Translations under genes and position numbers: made by a program
Shown: one piece after another, positions 23,340-32,000 of the stretch
Layout: each line of letters starts with the position of its first letter
Numbering within the stretch: the first letter of the stretch is position 1
The notes under the pieces: model-generated
Databases searched by the model: none
Told to the model about the DNA's origin: nothing
Seen by the model: the letters and a program-made list of their open reading frames with translations, nothing else
Origin: Pyrodictium abyssi
Lineage (GTDB): Archaea > Thermoproteota > Thermoprotei_A > Sulfolobales > Pyrodictiaceae
DNA: 32,000 nt
Direction of reading: 5' to 3'
Assembly (NCBI RefSeq): GCF_036323395.1
Contig: NZ_AP028907.1
Location: 150,001 to 182,000 of the forward strand

Positions 23340-23906
23340 ATGAACAGCTACAGCTACTATGCAGTCAGTGCTACAACTGCATGCCCCTACTGTGGCTCAG
23401 AAAACTTGATCCTGGATGCTCACGGAGGCGTACTAGTATGCCGCAGCTGTGGCGCCGTTATCGACGATACCGTGTTCGACGCTGCACCAACACCAACAGC
23501 CATAGCCACACCGGCACAGCCGACAGCTAAGCTTACAAAGACAGAGAGGGCCCGAATGCGTCTAGTAGCCCTCTCCATAACCATGTCACGGCGTCTATCA
23601 AGACTGCTCGAGACGACAGAGATAGATGATATACTAGACTATGCTAAAGCCAATACACCAGAAGTAATGGAGGTCTACGGAAACGCATGCCTACGGAGAT
23701 TACTAAAATCATTCAAGACGCCCGCAGAGAGGAAAGCAGCCCTAGAAGCGGCAATAACACTAATGAAGGGCGACTACCCTCTAACCTCGATACTATCTAA
23801 GCAATATGGCGTAAATAGGAGAAGACTACGATATATCATAAAGAGAATAATGGACTGTTTAAGCATTACACGCACTGTGGAAGTACTCTCAACAGCATTG
23901 GCATAG
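23340..23906 (+). CDS. Short TFB (TFIIB)-like transcription factor
   Basis: Probable start MNSYSYYAVS within track ORF 23190..23906; zinc ribbon CPYCGSENLILDAHGGVLVCRSCGAVIDD, then one roughly 120-aa helical region ending YGVNRRRLRYIIKRIM. Confidence 0.7.
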   Translation: MNSYSYYAVSATTACPYCGSENLILDAHGGVLVCRSCGAVIDDTVFDAAPTPTAIATPAQPTAKLTKTERARMRLVALSITMSRRLSRLLETTEIDDILDYAKANTPEVMEVYGNACLRRLLKSFKTPAERKAALEAAITLMKGDYPLTSILSKQYGVNRRRLRYIIKRIMDCLSITRTVEVLSTALA

Positions 23907-24003
23907 GGTAAAACAGGGCAAAATAGCGGAGCAGAAGTACAACACGCGACAACATGGATGGGCGGAAGAACCGGAGGCAGGGAACCAGAGCGCTTGACAC
24001 AAA

Positions 24004-24124
24004 TGGTGGGGCCGCCGGGATTTGAACCCGGGACCACGGGGGCTCTTGCCGCCCGTGCGTGAACCCACGCCTTCCTCCGGAGCGGTCCCAAGCCCCGCAT
24101 CCTGCCAAGCTAGACGACGGCCCC
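24004..24124 (-). tRNA. tRNA-Pro (anticodon UGG) with an intron of about 44 nt, CCA encoded
   Basis: Acceptor GGGGCCG/CGGCCCC, A73, CCA. Anticodon arm CGGGG-CTTGGG^[intron about 24043-24086]^C-CCCCG; T arm CCGGG-TTCAAAT-CCCGG. Confidence 0.9.
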
Positions 24125-24377
24125 TTCCCAGCAGCCCAGGTAGGTGAGTTTTCACCCTATGGGCCTGGGTTATTTACTCTTATGACGGCTGGAGGTATGG
24201 CTGAAGGCATAATGCGTAGGGTTTACACGGGCTATTATACATGATATGGAATGCTAGAAGTCGATGAGGGTGTAATTGGGTTTTAGCGCCGGATACGAGA
24301 GACATAGACTACCCGTGATGTCATTACGGCGTAGGAGAAGTCGTTCGGTAGTGGTAGTTCATGGGAGGGTGGGTTAA

Positions 24378-24476
24378 TGGTAGCCGGGCGGGGATTCGAA
24401 CCCCGGTCACGGGGGTTCTCCCCGAGGGCTGTCTCGGGCCAGAGCCCCGCATCCTTGACCGCTAGACGACCCGGCT
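24378..24476 (-). tRNA. tRNA-Gln (anticodon CUG) with an intron of about 23 nt, CCA encoded
   Basis: Acceptor AGCCGGG/CCCGGCT, A73, CCA. Anticodon arm CGGGG-CTCTGG^[intron about 24416-24438]^C-CCCCG; T arm CGGGG-TTCGAAT-CCCCG. Confidence 0.9.
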
Positions 24477-24606
24477 ACCCACCCTCCCGGGCAGCCGTGT
24501 GGTTGTAGTGCCTCAGGGTAGGGTTTTTGAGTCTTGCTGGTATCACGGCAGTATTATCATCGATGAGATGAAGGTGTTTACTATAGCAGTGGTCTGAGCT
24601 GGTTTA

Positions 24607-25083
24607 GTGGTTAAGCTTGTGTCACCTAGCAAAACCAGTCCCTACTGGGGTCTGCTAGTGGCTGTCCAGGAGCTGAGAGTCGTAGCACCATTGGCTACAG
24701 TGCACTCGTTATACTATCTAGCTGGGCTTCTTGGCTGGCAGCACGGCTACCGCTTTACGCTTACCAGCAGAGGGCCCTTCAGCAAAGAACTTGCACAGGA
24801 CCTAGCGAGAGGGCGTGCCCCCAAACCTCCCCGCCACGTGATAAAGCAGCTACAGTTACTGGTTGCTAAACTATGCGGGAATAGACCGTATTGTGGAAAA
24901 TACATAGTGGTCGCGGCACTGCTAGCAGCGTATGCAAGACTATATCCACCGCCGAAAGACCCCATAGCATACTATCTGCAGAGACACCCAGGAGTAGACC
25001 CCTTGCTTGTAAAGAGGGTAGCCGGCATCCTATCATCCCTAGGTATGTTGCCACTGCAGAGAAAGAGTCATAACCCCCAATAA
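24607..25083 (+). CDS. Hypothetical protein with VHSLYYLAGLLG...RGPFSKELAQDLARG segment
   Basis: 158 aa ORF (GTG start) in a gap between tRNAs with no competing ORF of similar length; coherent, protein-like sequence. Function unassigned. Confidence 0.65.
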   Translation: MVKLVSPSKTSPYWGLLVAVQELRVVAPLATVHSLYYLAGLLGWQHGYRFTLTSRGPFSKELAQDLARGRAPKPPRHVIKQLQLLVAKLCGNRPYCGKYIVVAALLAAYARLYPPPKDPIAYYLQRHPGVDPLLVKRVAGILSSLGMLPLQRKSHNPQ

Positions 25084-25118
25084 CTAGCATGAGTACTCAA
25101 CGTGGAGCAAGCAAACGG

Positions 25119-25244
<126 letters not shown>

Positions 25245-25338
25245 CCCTCTAATCCCCCAGGACCCCACAATTCACCACACACGCCTTCTTCTCTACACCC
25301 CAAGATTAGGGCCTATATGCACTTCACGTACCACAGCG

Positions 25339-25659
25339 GTGGGTCCATTGCGCTCCATACACAGGGTTGTCAGAATACCCGGAGGAAAGACACTAGAAAT
25401 CACTATGACTGTAGACAAAGACTGCAGGATAGCGGACATTAGTATTAGTGGCGATTTCTTCGTCTACCCGCCAGAAGCTCTCGAGATGCTCGAGAGAGAG
25501 CTACAGGGCTGTAGCAATACCGACTGCATAGCTAGCGTGGTTGACCTCACCAGCAGGGGCGCTGAGGCACTTGGCTTCAGCTGGGAGCAGCTAGTTGAAA
25601 CCATAACCAGACTCTACCACACCGCCTGTAGTAGTATAAAGCACCTAGACCAACCCTAG
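25339..25659 (+). CDS. Stand-alone lipoate-protein ligase C-terminal domain-like protein (LplB-like)
   Basis: 106 aa, GTG start; GGKTLEITMTVDKDCRIADISISGDFFVYPPEALEMLEREL follows the [K-x-L-I-x-V-x-V-D-G-G-x-I-x-x-I-x-I-x-G-D-F-F-x-x-P-E] pattern of LplA C-terminal/LplB domains. Confidence 0.75.
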   Translation: MGPLRSIHRVVRIPGGKTLEITMTVDKDCRIADISISGDFFVYPPEALEMLERELQGCSNTDCIASVVDLTSRGAEALGFSWEQLVETITRLYHTACSSIKHLDQP

Positions 25660-25799
25660 GCTTAGAGCTAGCAAGGGCTAGCAAAACAGAATTCTATCAA
25701 GGTGTGGCGCGCTATCATCGCTGAAGAATTAGCTACCGCAGAGGCAAAGGATGCGATCAGCAGGGGCGGCGGGTCCTGGAGCTGAGGGCCCTGGGTACG

Positions 25800-25877
25800 T
25801 GGCGGGCCCGCGGGGATTTGAACCCCGGACTACCGGCTTAGAAGGCCGGCGCCCTATCCTGGCTAGGCTACGGGCCC
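25800..25877 (-). tRNA. tRNA-Arg (anticodon UCU), CCA encoded, no intron
   Basis: Acceptor GGGCCCG/CGGGCCC, G73, CCA. Anticodon arm CCGGC-CTTCTAA-GCCGG; T arm CGGGG-TTCAAAT-CCCCG. Confidence 0.94.
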
Positions 25878-26600
25878 TTCTCCCGCCGCCCCTCCGCACC
25901 ACCGCATGTGTAGCTCTCCTAGCAGCCGGGGTATATTGTTTACCTTGGCTCCTGGTACTAGCTCCTTTATAGCGAAGCCTGCTAGGTCGAATACCGCGTT
26001 AATACTAGTGCTTATAGTTATCGCGATGTCGCTGCTGGCTACAACATATCCACTGCTAGCATACTCGATTATCCTTTTATCGGCTGTTTTCGACACCTCG
26101 ACTACAACGCTGTGGTCCTTTAGCCTCCTCCTTAGGAGTGAAGCCGTCTCCCCGCTACGGCTTGGCTGACTATCAAGCACTACGACTGTTTTCCTAGGCC
26201 TTATCATCCCGAGCAACGCTGCCAGAATTGGTATTAGCACATCTATGTTTTCTACTACTAGACGTGGGCCCGCAAGTAACGCGTCACGGGTCAACCCATC
26301 ACTACAGACGAACACCGAGGCACCTATAACAGCCGCGTAGATTGTAGTTAACTGGTTAAACCCATCTATGACGAGATCTCGTCCTTCTAGATCAGCTGCT
26401 GCTACAAGTTTGCTCCGGATAGAGTCTGATACATGCTTTGAATGCACGCATCTAAAGAGAAGAATAGCTTCTGGCCTAGCGAGCCTGTATCTTCGCTTAA
26501 CTAGCTCCAAGGCCTCGCTACGTGGATATCCACGAGTAAGAAGGAAAAACATGTCGTAGAACGCGCCGGGGGGCACGTCAACGTTAAGTGTTATGCTCAC
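25863..26600 (-). CDS. DUF434-domain protein
   Basis: 245 aa; N-terminal ALELVKRRYRLARPEAILLFRCVHS and LVIDGFNQLTTIYAAVIG; directly downstream of alaS, with start and stop codons overlapping. Confidence 0.8.
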   Translation of the reverse strand: MSITLNVDVPPGAFYDMFFLLTRGYPRSEALELVKRRYRLARPEAILLFRCVHSKHVSDSIRSKLVAAADLEGRDLVIDGFNQLTTIYAAVIGASVFVCSDGLTRDALLAGPRLVVENIDVLIPILAALLGMIRPRKTVVVLDSQPSRSGETASLLRRRLKDHSVVVEVSKTADKRIIEYASSGYVVASSDIAITISTSINAVFDLAGFAIKELVPGAKVNNIPRLLGELHMRWCGGAAGEGPVA

Positions 26601-29356
26601 TTCTTTGTGCCCCCTTCGAGGAAGCTACGCAGTGTAGATAATACCGACTCAAGTACCTCTTCGACGGATGTACTTGGAGCTAGCATGTTTATGTATGTTG
26701 GTTTACCTCCTCCACGGAAGCCTCTGGAATTTAGCTGCCTTGCTACTTCGCGTAGATTCACTCTACTAGACGCTTTTGACCCAGCACCTATTTCTACTAC
26801 TATACCTTGTTCGATCGGTATCAGAGCTATTGTTATACTTTCTGGATCCTCTTTACTTATCTGTCTGGCTATTTCCTGGTAGAGATCGCGGAGCGGAAGC
26901 TCTTCCCTAATTACGTAGACGCGTAGACCCCCTATCACTAGCGGCTCCTTTCTAAGCGTCTCAATTACTTGCTTAACTACGTGCTTAGCGAGCCTGTTGA
27001 GATTCTGGCGAGCCGAGTTATAGTCGCGTACAAGCTTCTCTACACGCTTCTCAATGTCCGCCGAGCCACCGCCAACGATACGGGCTATACTGTTGATGCG
27101 CTTCTCCAGCGTAGAGGCGTAGCGGGCTACTTCGCTTCCTGCTACTAATTCTAAGCGTATAACACCGTCCTGTAGCTTCTCGACCTTGGTTATCTTTACC
27201 GAGCCTATTTCGGCTGTATTAGCTACATGTGTGCCAAAGCACGCTTCTACATCCCAGTCTCCTATCCTCACTACGCGCAGCTTAGGCGTCAGCGGGACAC
27301 CGCCCTGGTAGAGCCGGAAACCATAGAGCTTCTCAGCCTCATTCCTATCCATAATTCTAGTTTCCACTGGTATGCGCTCAAGTATAGCCCGATTAGCTAG
27401 CTCCTCTATCTTCTGGATCTCCTCGGCGCTAGGAGTCTCGTAATGAGTTATGTCTAGGCGTGCTTTCTCCGGCGTCTTCTCGGCGCCAGCCTGCCACACG
27501 TGGTTTCCGAGCACCCTCCTAGCAGCTCCGAGAACCACGTGCACACCAGTATGGTGTCTCATAAGGCGGTAGCGCCGCTCCCAGTCTATCCTGCCTTTAG
27601 CCTCGGAACAGCTCTTATCGGGCTCACGGTCGAGTACGTGGACTATTACGTCTCCTACCTTCTCTACGCGTTTTACCCGGTACTCTTCGCCGCAGAGAAC
27701 AACGACGCCAGTATCGTGCAGCTGGCCACCGCCAGTCGGGTAGAAGGCTGTACGGTCCAGCACGAGGTAGACGCCTTTTACGCCGAGGACCTTCGCGCTA
27801 AACTCCCGGAGATATGGGTCCTTGTGGAATAGCCTCTCCGTCTCGGGGAAGCCACGGAGCCACTCTACGATGTCCTGCGGCAAGCTGGGGTGCTCAGCAT
27901 GCCTCGCTATACCCCCGCTAGCACCATGGCGCTGAGCTACTATGGCGTAGAAGTTGTGCGGCACCTCAACCTTTACGCCTAGCTTAGCAGCAGCCTCGGC
28001 AACCATATCCGGCGGCAGTCCATGCGAGTCGTAGAGCACTATAAGGTCGTCTAGCGCTAGACTCCTCTTACGCCTAAGCAACCGGTTGACTTCGCGGAGG
28101 CCTCTCTCCAGGCTCTTCTTGTAGCGCTCCTCTTCTAGCCTAGTAACTCTCAGTATGTAGTCCATGTTTTCCAGCATCTGTGGGTAGTAGTCACTACCCC
28201 AGAACCGTGCCTGCTTTTCAACAAGCTCTACTAGGCTTATATCGCTACCAAGCCTCCTGATTAAACGTATAGCCCGGCGTATGACTAGCCGCGCTAGATA
28301 GCCTTCACCCGTGTTACTCGGCACAATACCGTCAGCAAGCATCAGGGCTATGGTCTTACTATGATCCAGGAGCGCGTAGACAGCTGCTACGCGCCGAAGT
28401 ACCTCCTCTGCTTCCCGTGGATCCAGGCCAACATCACGAGCAGCACGTTCGTAAAAGCTCTTTATGCTCGCCGGGTCCTCCGGGTCTAGTCTACCCGCGT
28501 CACGTGCTGCCGCCCACAGCAGGTTACGGGGTGCAGGCTCCACCCCTAGGAGACGGTGGAACTCGTCGAGTAGGCTACCGTATATGGCGTGGAAAGCTGT
28601 TGGAACCTTCTGGGTAAACCAGGCAATCCTCTCAATACCGTAGCCTGTGTCTACAACCTTTAGAGGTATAGGCTCATAGCCGCCGTCTACTATACGGTAC
28701 TGCATAAACACGAGAGTAGCTAGCTCAAGCCCCCCGATGGTTACCTCGAAGCTCGGGCCAGCGTTGCCACCGCCCTCCCACCAAGACTCCTTGAACGTCA
28801 CATGCTCCGGTGGCACGCCAAGCTCCTCGGTAAAGAACTCGAAGGCGAGTCTTACCGTCTCCTCCTTCCAGTAGACGTGTTTATCTGGATAGTTAAAGGC
28901 GTGGTGACCACCCATCTCGAAGCTTGTGAGGTGACGGCCAAGGGTTAAGCCAACATAGTCTATGTCTTCAAGCCTTATACTAGGCTGAACTATCACAAGA
29001 GGGTTTGCAGGCGGAGGCACTAGACCACTAGTCACATGTGGCTGGAAGACTACTATGCTAGCTATAGTTAAGTAGAGGTCTTCCCTCCATCGAGCTACAA
29101 CCGGCCTTGGCTCGATTACCTCGTGCTCATTCTTCTCGAAGAACCTGATGAACTTCCTCCTGGCCTCAGCCACGCTAAGGTTACTCGCCTTCTTCGGTAT
29201 GCTCCAAAAGTAGTACTCCACACACGGAGCATCATTACAGTGCTCCTGCTCGGGGTTAAGTGTCCAGAAATACTCCCCACCAACACTACACTTGCGCCTA
29301 GTGAAGCCCTTCTCGCGGAAGAACTCCAGCCGGTACTCCTTCGGGTCAACCTGCAT
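26597..29356 (-). CDS. alaS: Alanyl-tRNA synthetase
   Basis: 919 aa; TSFEMGGHHAF, editing-domain HHTGVHV and CFGTHVANTAEIG. Confidence 0.98.
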   Translation of the reverse strand: MQVDPKEYRLEFFREKGFTRRKCSVGGEYFWTLNPEQEHCNDAPCVEYYFWSIPKKASNLSVAEARRKFIRFFEKNEHEVIEPRPVVARWREDLYLTIASIVVFQPHVTSGLVPPPANPLVIVQPSIRLEDIDYVGLTLGRHLTSFEMGGHHAFNYPDKHVYWKEETVRLAFEFFTEELGVPPEHVTFKESWWEGGGNAGPSFEVTIGGLELATLVFMQYRIVDGGYEPIPLKVVDTGYGIERIAWFTQKVPTAFHAIYGSLLDEFHRLLGVEPAPRNLLWAAARDAGRLDPEDPASIKSFYERAARDVGLDPREAEEVLRRVAAVYALLDHSKTIALMLADGIVPSNTGEGYLARLVIRRAIRLIRRLGSDISLVELVEKQARFWGSDYYPQMLENMDYILRVTRLEEERYKKSLERGLREVNRLLRRKRSLALDDLIVLYDSHGLPPDMVAEAAAKLGVKVEVPHNFYAIVAQRHGASGGIARHAEHPSLPQDIVEWLRGFPETERLFHKDPYLREFSAKVLGVKGVYLVLDRTAFYPTGGGQLHDTGVVVLCGEEYRVKRVEKVGDVIVHVLDREPDKSCSEAKGRIDWERRYRLMRHHTGVHVVLGAARRVLGNHVWQAGAEKTPEKARLDITHYETPSAEEIQKIEELANRAILERIPVETRIMDRNEAEKLYGFRLYQGGVPLTPKLRVVRIGDWDVEACFGTHVANTAEIGSVKITKVEKLQDGVIRLELVAGSEVARYASTLEKRINSIARIVGGGSADIEKRVEKLVRDYNSARQNLNRLAKHVVKQVIETLRKEPLVIGGLRVYVIREELPLRDLYQEIARQISKEDPESITIALIPIEQGIVVEIGAGSKASSRVNLREVARQLNSRGFRGGGKPTYINMLAPSTSVEEVLESVLSTLRSFLEGGTKK

Positions 29357-29571
29357 TACAGCCAGACCCCGGACTAGGGAGGCCCAAAGACAACAGCTAT
29401 TTAGAAGTTACAAGGCAGAAGCCCGCCAAGCATAGAAGACGAGGCTATACAAACCGGTTCAATAAACTAGCCTAGAACCGCCGAGACAAGTTATGGCAGG
29501 GGTGGGGCATGGACACCCCCACTGGGCAACTGATACGACGAAGCTGCGAAGAAACTATCCAGAAACCCGTA

Positions 29572-30606
29572 TTAGAAGCCGAAGAGGCTCTCTAGGCCGG
29601 CCGCTAGCTGCTCCTCGCTTACCTCCTCCTTCTTCTCCTCAGTCTCCTCTTCTTCTTCCTCCTTCTTCTCCTCCGCTGGCGCTGCAGCGGCCGCGGGGGC
29701 TGCTACCTGTATGTCTATGCCTAGCTCTTTAGCCGTGTCTCCGAGAGCTGCCACTACTGCTAGAGCCCTTGCCACAGCCAGGCCGATCACGTACTCCGCG
29801 TTATCTGGTGTCACATAGCCAGCCTCGGCTGCTACTGCTAGTGCACGCCTCACAGCCATCGGTATGGCGATCTCAAGTACCTGTGGCTCTGGATAGGCTA
29901 TCTCAACGCCCACCATCAGCGCTGTTAGATGGGCCTGCGCGACATCGCGGCGGTAAGCCTCAAGGTCTAGTATCAGCTTGTCTGCAGGTATTACAACACC
30001 GTCCTCGTAAGCAGCCTTCACCTTAAGCTTGACTATTATGGGTTCTATGCCTAGCTTCTGGAGTATAGAGGCCAGTTCAGGCGATATCTCGTCGCCCGGC
30101 TTAGCTACCTTCGTGTCCTTGGCTATCCATATACTGCCGCCCTGTACGCGTATTGGTACACGTAGCTTACCGAAGACGCTCATTATCGGGCCAGGCTTGA
30201 AGCCGGTATCGCCCGCAGGCAGCACTATCTCTGTGGGAGCTATGTCGCCTGGCTTAGCGGGCTTGGTTGCATATATCTTCTCAAGGGCGAGAGCGAGCTC
30301 AAAGGGGTTGAGGTTTGTGAATATGAACATGTTAGTACCGGTCAGGTAGGGCTCAAGGGGGGAAGGATCTACACCAGCCTTCTTGAGTGCTAGCTTGAAT
30401 AGCGTGTTCTTAGCTACTCTAAGCACTACCTTGTCGCCGAACTTGCGCTCGATTTTCCTGCGTATACGCTGGAGCTGGGCTGTTGGCGTCTTAGAGAGGT
30501 CCACTATTGCTACTACCCGGTAGTTCTTGGCTAGCTCTGCTAGCTCTTCTACTTCCTTGATCTTCCACTCCGGTATACGCCGCGCGCGGGCCTGTACGAC
30601 ACTCAT
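29572..30606 (-). CDS. rplP0: 50S ribosomal protein L10 / acidic stalk protein P0 (uL10)
   Basis: Track ORF 29572..30618; acidic hinge EEKKEEEEEETEEKKEEVSEEQLAAGLESLFGF C-terminus. Confidence 0.97.
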   Translation of the reverse strand: MSVVQARARRIPEWKIKEVEELAELAKNYRVVAIVDLSKTPTAQLQRIRRKIERKFGDKVVLRVAKNTLFKLALKKAGVDPSPLEPYLTGTNMFIFTNLNPFELALALEKIYATKPAKPGDIAPTEIVLPAGDTGFKPGPIMSVFGKLRVPIRVQGGSIWIAKDTKVAKPGDEISPELASILQKLGIEPIIVKLKVKAAYEDGVVIPADKLILDLEAYRRDVAQAHLTALMVGVEIAYPEPQVLEIAIPMAVRRALAVAAEAGYVTPDNAEYVIGLAVARALAVVAALGDTAKELGIDIQVAAPAAAAAPAEEKKEEEEEETEEKKEEVSEEQLAAGLESLFGF

Positions 30607-30687
30607 CTTGTGATACACCTCCGACCCTGGAGCATATAACAGCCTGAGGCAATGAAAGAGACCGAGACACGTTTAGCAACACGTAGC

Positions 30688-31350
30688 CTAGCGCAGCATA
30701 ACCTCCACTGGTGGGCCCATTGTTGTCTTGACTATTACCCTGGCTATGTTGTTCCTGGCGTTTGGCAGCTTGCCCTCAAGAGTGTTGAGCACCTTGTATA
30801 TGTTCTCGACTATCTCCTCCACCTTCATATCCTCTGTGCCAACGCTGCACATCACTTGCGGCTGGTCCTTCATCCTAAGCATTACCGCAGAGCGGTACCT
30901 CTTAACGAAGTCAACTATATTGGCGTTCGGCGGGACTGGTATGGGCACCTTGCCACGCGGACCTAGCGCGGGCGCTAGAGTCCTACCTACAAGGGGCATT
31001 AGGTCTGTACGTACCAGTACCCAGTCACAGAACTCTGCTATCTTCTTTGCAGCCTTACGGTTGCCTACAAGCCCTTGTAGCTCCTCCTTAGTCAGGACGC
31101 GGTCAGCTACCTCACGAGCCTTAACGGCCATGTCGCCGTCGGCTGCTACGCATATAGTCACCTTCCGGTTGGGCTGATGTGGCAGGAATACTACCTCTCT
31201 TATACGTCCCTGCGGGCTCTTAAGGTCAACATCGCGCATTACTACTATGAGGTCTACTGACTGCCTAAAGTTACGCCGCGGGCTGGCCTCTATGGCCTCT
31301 CTTACTGCCTTCTCTACCGCATCACGGGGCACAAATGACACTCTCGCCAC
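30688..31350 (-). CDS. rpl1: 50S ribosomal protein L1 (uL1)
   Basis: 220 aa; LAPRGKVPIPVPPNANIV and GTEDMKVEEIVENIYKVL. Confidence 0.96.
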   Translation of the reverse strand: MARVSFVPRDAVEKAVREAIEASPRRNFRQSVDLIVVMRDVDLKSPQGRIREVVFLPHQPNRKVTICVAADGDMAVKAREVADRVLTKEELQGLVGNRKAAKKIAEFCDWVLVRTDLMPLVGRTLAPALGPRGKVPIPVPPNANIVDFVKRYRSAVMLRMKDQPQVMCSVGTEDMKVEEIVENIYKVLNTLEGKLPNARNNIARVIVKTTMGPPVEVMLR

Positions 31351-31383
31351 CCCGGGCAGCCTGACTTAGCGGGGGAAGGGGGT

Positions 31384-31893
31384 CTAAGCCTTCTCCCACT
31401 CCTCTTCGTACTTCGAAAGCACTGCGTCGTAGACGCCTTCCTCCACCTCTCTCGTTACCTGCTTAGGATCCTTACCATCAACTGTTATACCTATACTCCT
31501 AGCAGAGCCTAGAATGGTCTTAACAGCCGCCTTCAGTGTCTTCGCTGTCAGACCCGGCTTCTTCATTATCGCTATCTCGACTATCTTTTCGAACGGTAGG
31601 TCCCCTATCTTCTGGTGTATCGGGTCACCAGACGGCTCCTTAGCGCCGACGGCTTTCAGCAGCAACTCTGTGGTCGTTGGTGGCTTAACCTCTATCTCGT
31701 ACTCCTTGGTGTCCTCGTCGACTATTATCTTAACCTGTACCTCGAAGCCCTTGTACCTAGCAGTAACCTTGTTAATCTCCTCGACTACCTTGTTTACGTC
31801 CAGCCCTACTTTCTTCAGTGAGTCGCTTAGAGGCGGGGCAGGAGAAGCCTCGCCCCCCTTAACCTTGACGTTGATGACTCTAATCGTGCCCAT
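31384..31893 (-). CDS. rpl11: 50S ribosomal protein L11 (uL11)
   Basis: 169 aa; [22 protein letters not shown] and [26 protein letters not shown]. Confidence 0.96.
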   Translation of the reverse strand: MGTIRVINVKVKGGEASPAPPLSDSLKKVGLDVNKVVEEINKVTARYKGFEVQVKIIVDEDTKEYEIEVKPPTTTELLLKAVGAKEPSGDPIHQKIGDLPFEKIVEIAIMKKPGLTAKTLKAAVKTILGSARSIGITVDGKDPKQVTREVEEGVYDAVLSKYEEEWEKA

Positions 31894-32000
31894 TGCTAGC
31901 TCCCTCGCTCCCTAGCGGGCCTCACCGAGTCACCTGGTACCGTGATTTGAAGGGGGTACTCAACCTCTAGCACATTTAAAACTACCTCATTCCTACCCGG

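Noticed and set aside
24535-24600. Possible C/D-box sRNA (cgatgagatgaaggtg...gtctgagc)
   Set aside because: The C box does not match RUGAUGA and no good D'/C' pair is present; would need a snoscan/RNA-seq check.

Overview
This window comes from a hyperthermophilic crenarchaeon, most likely the Pyrodictium/Hyperthermus/Pyrolobus group (inferred from gene order, intron-containing tRNAs and ribosomal protein content; not verified). It is dominated by core information-processing genes. On the minus strand these include rps10, EF-1A, rps7, rps12, nusA-like KH protein, rpl30e, rpoA2, rpoA1, rpoB, rpoH, rpl37e, LSm, the aCPSF1 beta-CASP nuclease, two proteasome beta subunits, endonuclease V, alaS, and rpl10/rpl1/rpl11. 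Plus-strand genes include a DUF151-type protein, a PUA protein, egsA, a short TFB-like factor and a stand-alone lipoate-ligase C-terminal-like protein. I resolved five tRNA genes by hand: Ser-UGA, Pro-UGG, Gln-CUG, a CAU tRNA and Arg-UCU. Three of them appear to carry introns in the anticodon loop. I see no CRISPR array, no transposase, no defence island and no convincing new multi-gene system. The observations most worth a second look are: (1) a minus-strand coding region at 2337-3210 that reads as one gene broken by an in-frame TAA and a +1 frameshift; (2) a fused DsrM/HdrE-DsrK/HdrD-like membrane Fe-S protein with an N-terminal signal-like segment and a CxxCH c-heme motif; (3) a short zinc-ribbon TFB-like protein divergent from a proteasome beta paralogue that lacks the catalytic Thr; (4) a DUF434-type CDS whose 3' end and stop codon lie inside tRNA-Arg; (5) a conserved str-type ribosomal cluster split by an opposite-strand gene, and a missing rpl12 after rpl10.
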